In this document: positions 30,511-32,000 of the stretch, in pieces | Layout: the number at the start of each line of letters is the position of its first letter | Position numbering within the stretch: the first letter of the stretch is position 1 | DNA from: Candidatus Saccharimonadota bacterium | GTDB lineage: Bacteria > Pseudomonadota > Alphaproteobacteria > Rickettsiales > Anaplasmataceae | DNA: 32,000 nt | Direction of reading: 5' to 3' | Assembly (NCBI GenBank): GCA_029715105.1 | Contig: CP085695.1 | Coordinates: 270,001 to 302,000, forward strand | Position numbers and translations under genes: made by a program | The notes under the pieces: model-generated | What the model saw: only the letters and a program-made list of their open reading frames with translations | Database searches by the model: none | What the model was told of the DNA's origin: nothing

Positions 30511-31998
30511 ATGTCTACATTAAAAATAACAATTTCTAGAGTGCCGTCTAGTCTAAAAGGATTAATGGTGGTAGGTTTGTTTGAAAATAATAGATTTGTA
30601 AATAATAATCGAATTTTTAGAGATAAAAAGGTTATTGATATCATTAATAGACTTAGTAATTTTAACGGAAGTTTTGGTGAATTCTTTCCCATTATTACCT
30701 CTTCATTATGTGGTGGTAGTATTATGATTGTAGGACTTGGCAGAAGAGATGAGTGGAATAAAAATAAGGAATTGAGTATTGGTGGAAAAATATATTGTAA
30801 GTTAAGCGAATTAAAAATTATAAGAGCAGCAGTATTAATTGAGGGAAATGTAGCAAATATTGCATATGGTATATTTTTACGTAGTTTTAAGTTTGGTAAA
30901 TATAAAACTAGAAAAAATGAAAAAGTTACGGAAGTAGAACAAATTGTAGTTCTAACGGAAACTGATGATCAATTGAGTAACGCTAAGAAGGCATTTGAGC
31001 TTTTAAAACAGGAAGGTGAGGGTGTATTTCTTGTTCGTACTCTTGTTACTGAGCCACCTAATGTTTTATACCCAGAATTTTATTCTAATTATATAAAAAC
31101 TGAGCTTACTAAATTTGGTCTTGAGGTCGAGGTACTTGATAAGGAGCAGATTGAGAAGAGAAAAATGGGGGCATTACTTGGTGTGGCACAAGGAAGCAGT
31201 AAAGAACCGAGATTAATAGTGATTAAATGGAATGGAGGTTGTAAAGAACAAAAGTCTGTAGCCTTTGTTGGTAAAGGTGTAACATTTGATACAGGAGGAG
31301 TGTCATTAAAACCTTCGCGTGGCATGGAGTTAATGAAATATGATATGGCAGGTTCTGCTGTTGTAGTTGGGGTGATGCGTGTTTTGGCTGGACGAAAAGC
31401 AAAGATAAATGCAGTTGGTGTTATTGTACTTGCTGAAAATGCAGTTGGCGGTAATGCCCAAAGGCCGGGTGATGTAGTAACTTCGATGTCTGGGCAGACA
31501 ATAGAAGTATTAAATACCGATGCAGAAGGAAGACTTATGCTTGCGGATGCTTTATGGTATACGCAAAATAGGTTTTTACCTAAGTTTATGATTGATTTAG
31601 CAACTTTAACTGGCGCTATAGTTGTTGCGCTTGGTCAGCATGAGTATGCTGGCCTTTTTTCTAATAATGATGAATTAGCAAATCGTCTTATTGATGTAGG
31701 AAATGAGGTAAATGAGAAGTTGTGGAGATTTCCTATGAATAAAGCTTATGATGAAATCATTGATTCATCAATAGCTGATGTTCAAAATATTGCTCCTACA
31801 GGCTTTGGTGGGGATAGTATAATAGCTGCGCAATTTTTACAACGTTTTGTAAACGAAACTTGTTGGGCGCATTTAGATATTGCAGGGACAGTTTGGCATG
31901 AAAAGGGTACTGATATTTCTCCGAAAGGAGCTGTAGGTTTTGGTGTAAGGTTGCTTAATAGATTAATTGAGAAATACTATGAAGAATATTTGGAATAG
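30511..31998 (+). CDS. pepA: leucyl aminopeptidase (M17 family)
   Basis: 495 aa with the VGKGVTFDTGG motif and the M17 signature NTDAEGRLMLADAL. An A10 tract ends 1 nt before the ATG, and there is no Shine-Dalgarno sequence. Confidence 0.93.
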   Translation: MSTLKITISRVPSSLKGLMVVGLFENNRFVNNNRIFRDKKVIDIINRLSNFNGSFGEFFPIITSSLCGGSIMIVGLGRRDEWNKNKELSIGGKIYCKLSELKIIRAAVLIEGNVANIAYGIFLRSFKFGKYKTRKNEKVTEVEQIVVLTETDDQLSNAKKAFELLKQEGEGVFLVRTLVTEPPNVLYPEFYSNYIKTELTKFGLEVEVLDKEQIEKRKMGALLGVAQGSSKEPRLIVIKWNGGCKEQKSVAFVGKGVTFDTGGVSLKPSRGMELMKYDMAGSAVVVGVMRVLAGRKAKINAVGVIVLAENAVGGNAQRPGDVVTSMSGQTIEVLNTDAEGRLMLADALWYTQNRFLPKFMIDLATLTGAIVVALGQHEYAGLFSNNDELANRLIDVGNEVNEKLWRFPMNKAYDEIIDSSIADVQNIAPTGFGGDSIIAAQFLQRFVNETCWAHLDIAGTVWHEKGTDISPKGAVGFGVRLLNRLIEKYYEEYLE

Positions 31999-32000
31999 TT

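Noticed and set aside
2376-31325. Other short ORFs in the track nested antisense or out of frame within strong genes: 2376..2606, 4472..4666, 4760..5203, 5299..5493, 7135..7320, 7359..7601, 12050..12280, 15498..15704, 17582..17881, 18469..18696, 21224..21433, 21279..21473, 21825..22208, 25336..25551, 25973..26245, 27458..27646, 30498..30692 and 31089..31325.
   Set aside because: Each lies wholly or largely within a confidently identified housekeeping gene. Each has low-complexity or AT-codon-driven composition and no recognisable motifs.

Overview
This is an AT-rich chromosomal segment, roughly 27-30% GC by eye. Its housekeeping gene content fits a reduced obligate-intracellular alphaproteobacterium. 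The best fit is Anaplasmataceae, Ehrlichia-like: purH, gapA and tpiA are present, classical operons are scattered, and spacers are long and ORF-free. That taxon call is inference from gene content and composition only. I call 21 protein genes: tpiA, tatC, gapA, pheT, acpS, proS, mrdA/PBP2, sucA, era, a PolB-exonuclease-like DEDDy nuclease, tatA, an ExoD-family membrane protein, cysS, a YqaA-family membrane protein, RNase J, an APA/APC-family amino-acid/polyamine permease, purH, dnaN, truA, rpmJ and pepA. There are also 3 tRNAs: Thr-UGU, Arg-CCU and Asn-GUU. tatA and rpmJ fall below the ORF-track size cutoff and were found by reading the sequence. By my hand tally about 73% of the window is genic. 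I see no transposase, integrase, phage genes, CRISPR array, toxin-antitoxin or defence genes, and no convincing new multi-gene system; this is essentially core genome. Four things stand out. (1) A 352-bp, 100%-identical direct repeat places an internal fragment of the permease gene 1223 bp upstream of its parent copy. (2) The conserved 5' end of cysS is out of frame with the rest of the gene at an A9 tract. In the upstream frame that tract reads A_AAA_AAG, the dnaX-type -1 slippery heptamer, and a -1 shift restores a perfectly collinear CysRS N-terminus. (3) A 1.16-kb gene-free spacer contains an orphan bidirectional terminator-like hairpin just after a 41-codon ORF. (4) An apparently intact, stand-alone PBP2 sits in a lineage usually regarded as peptidoglycan-poor.
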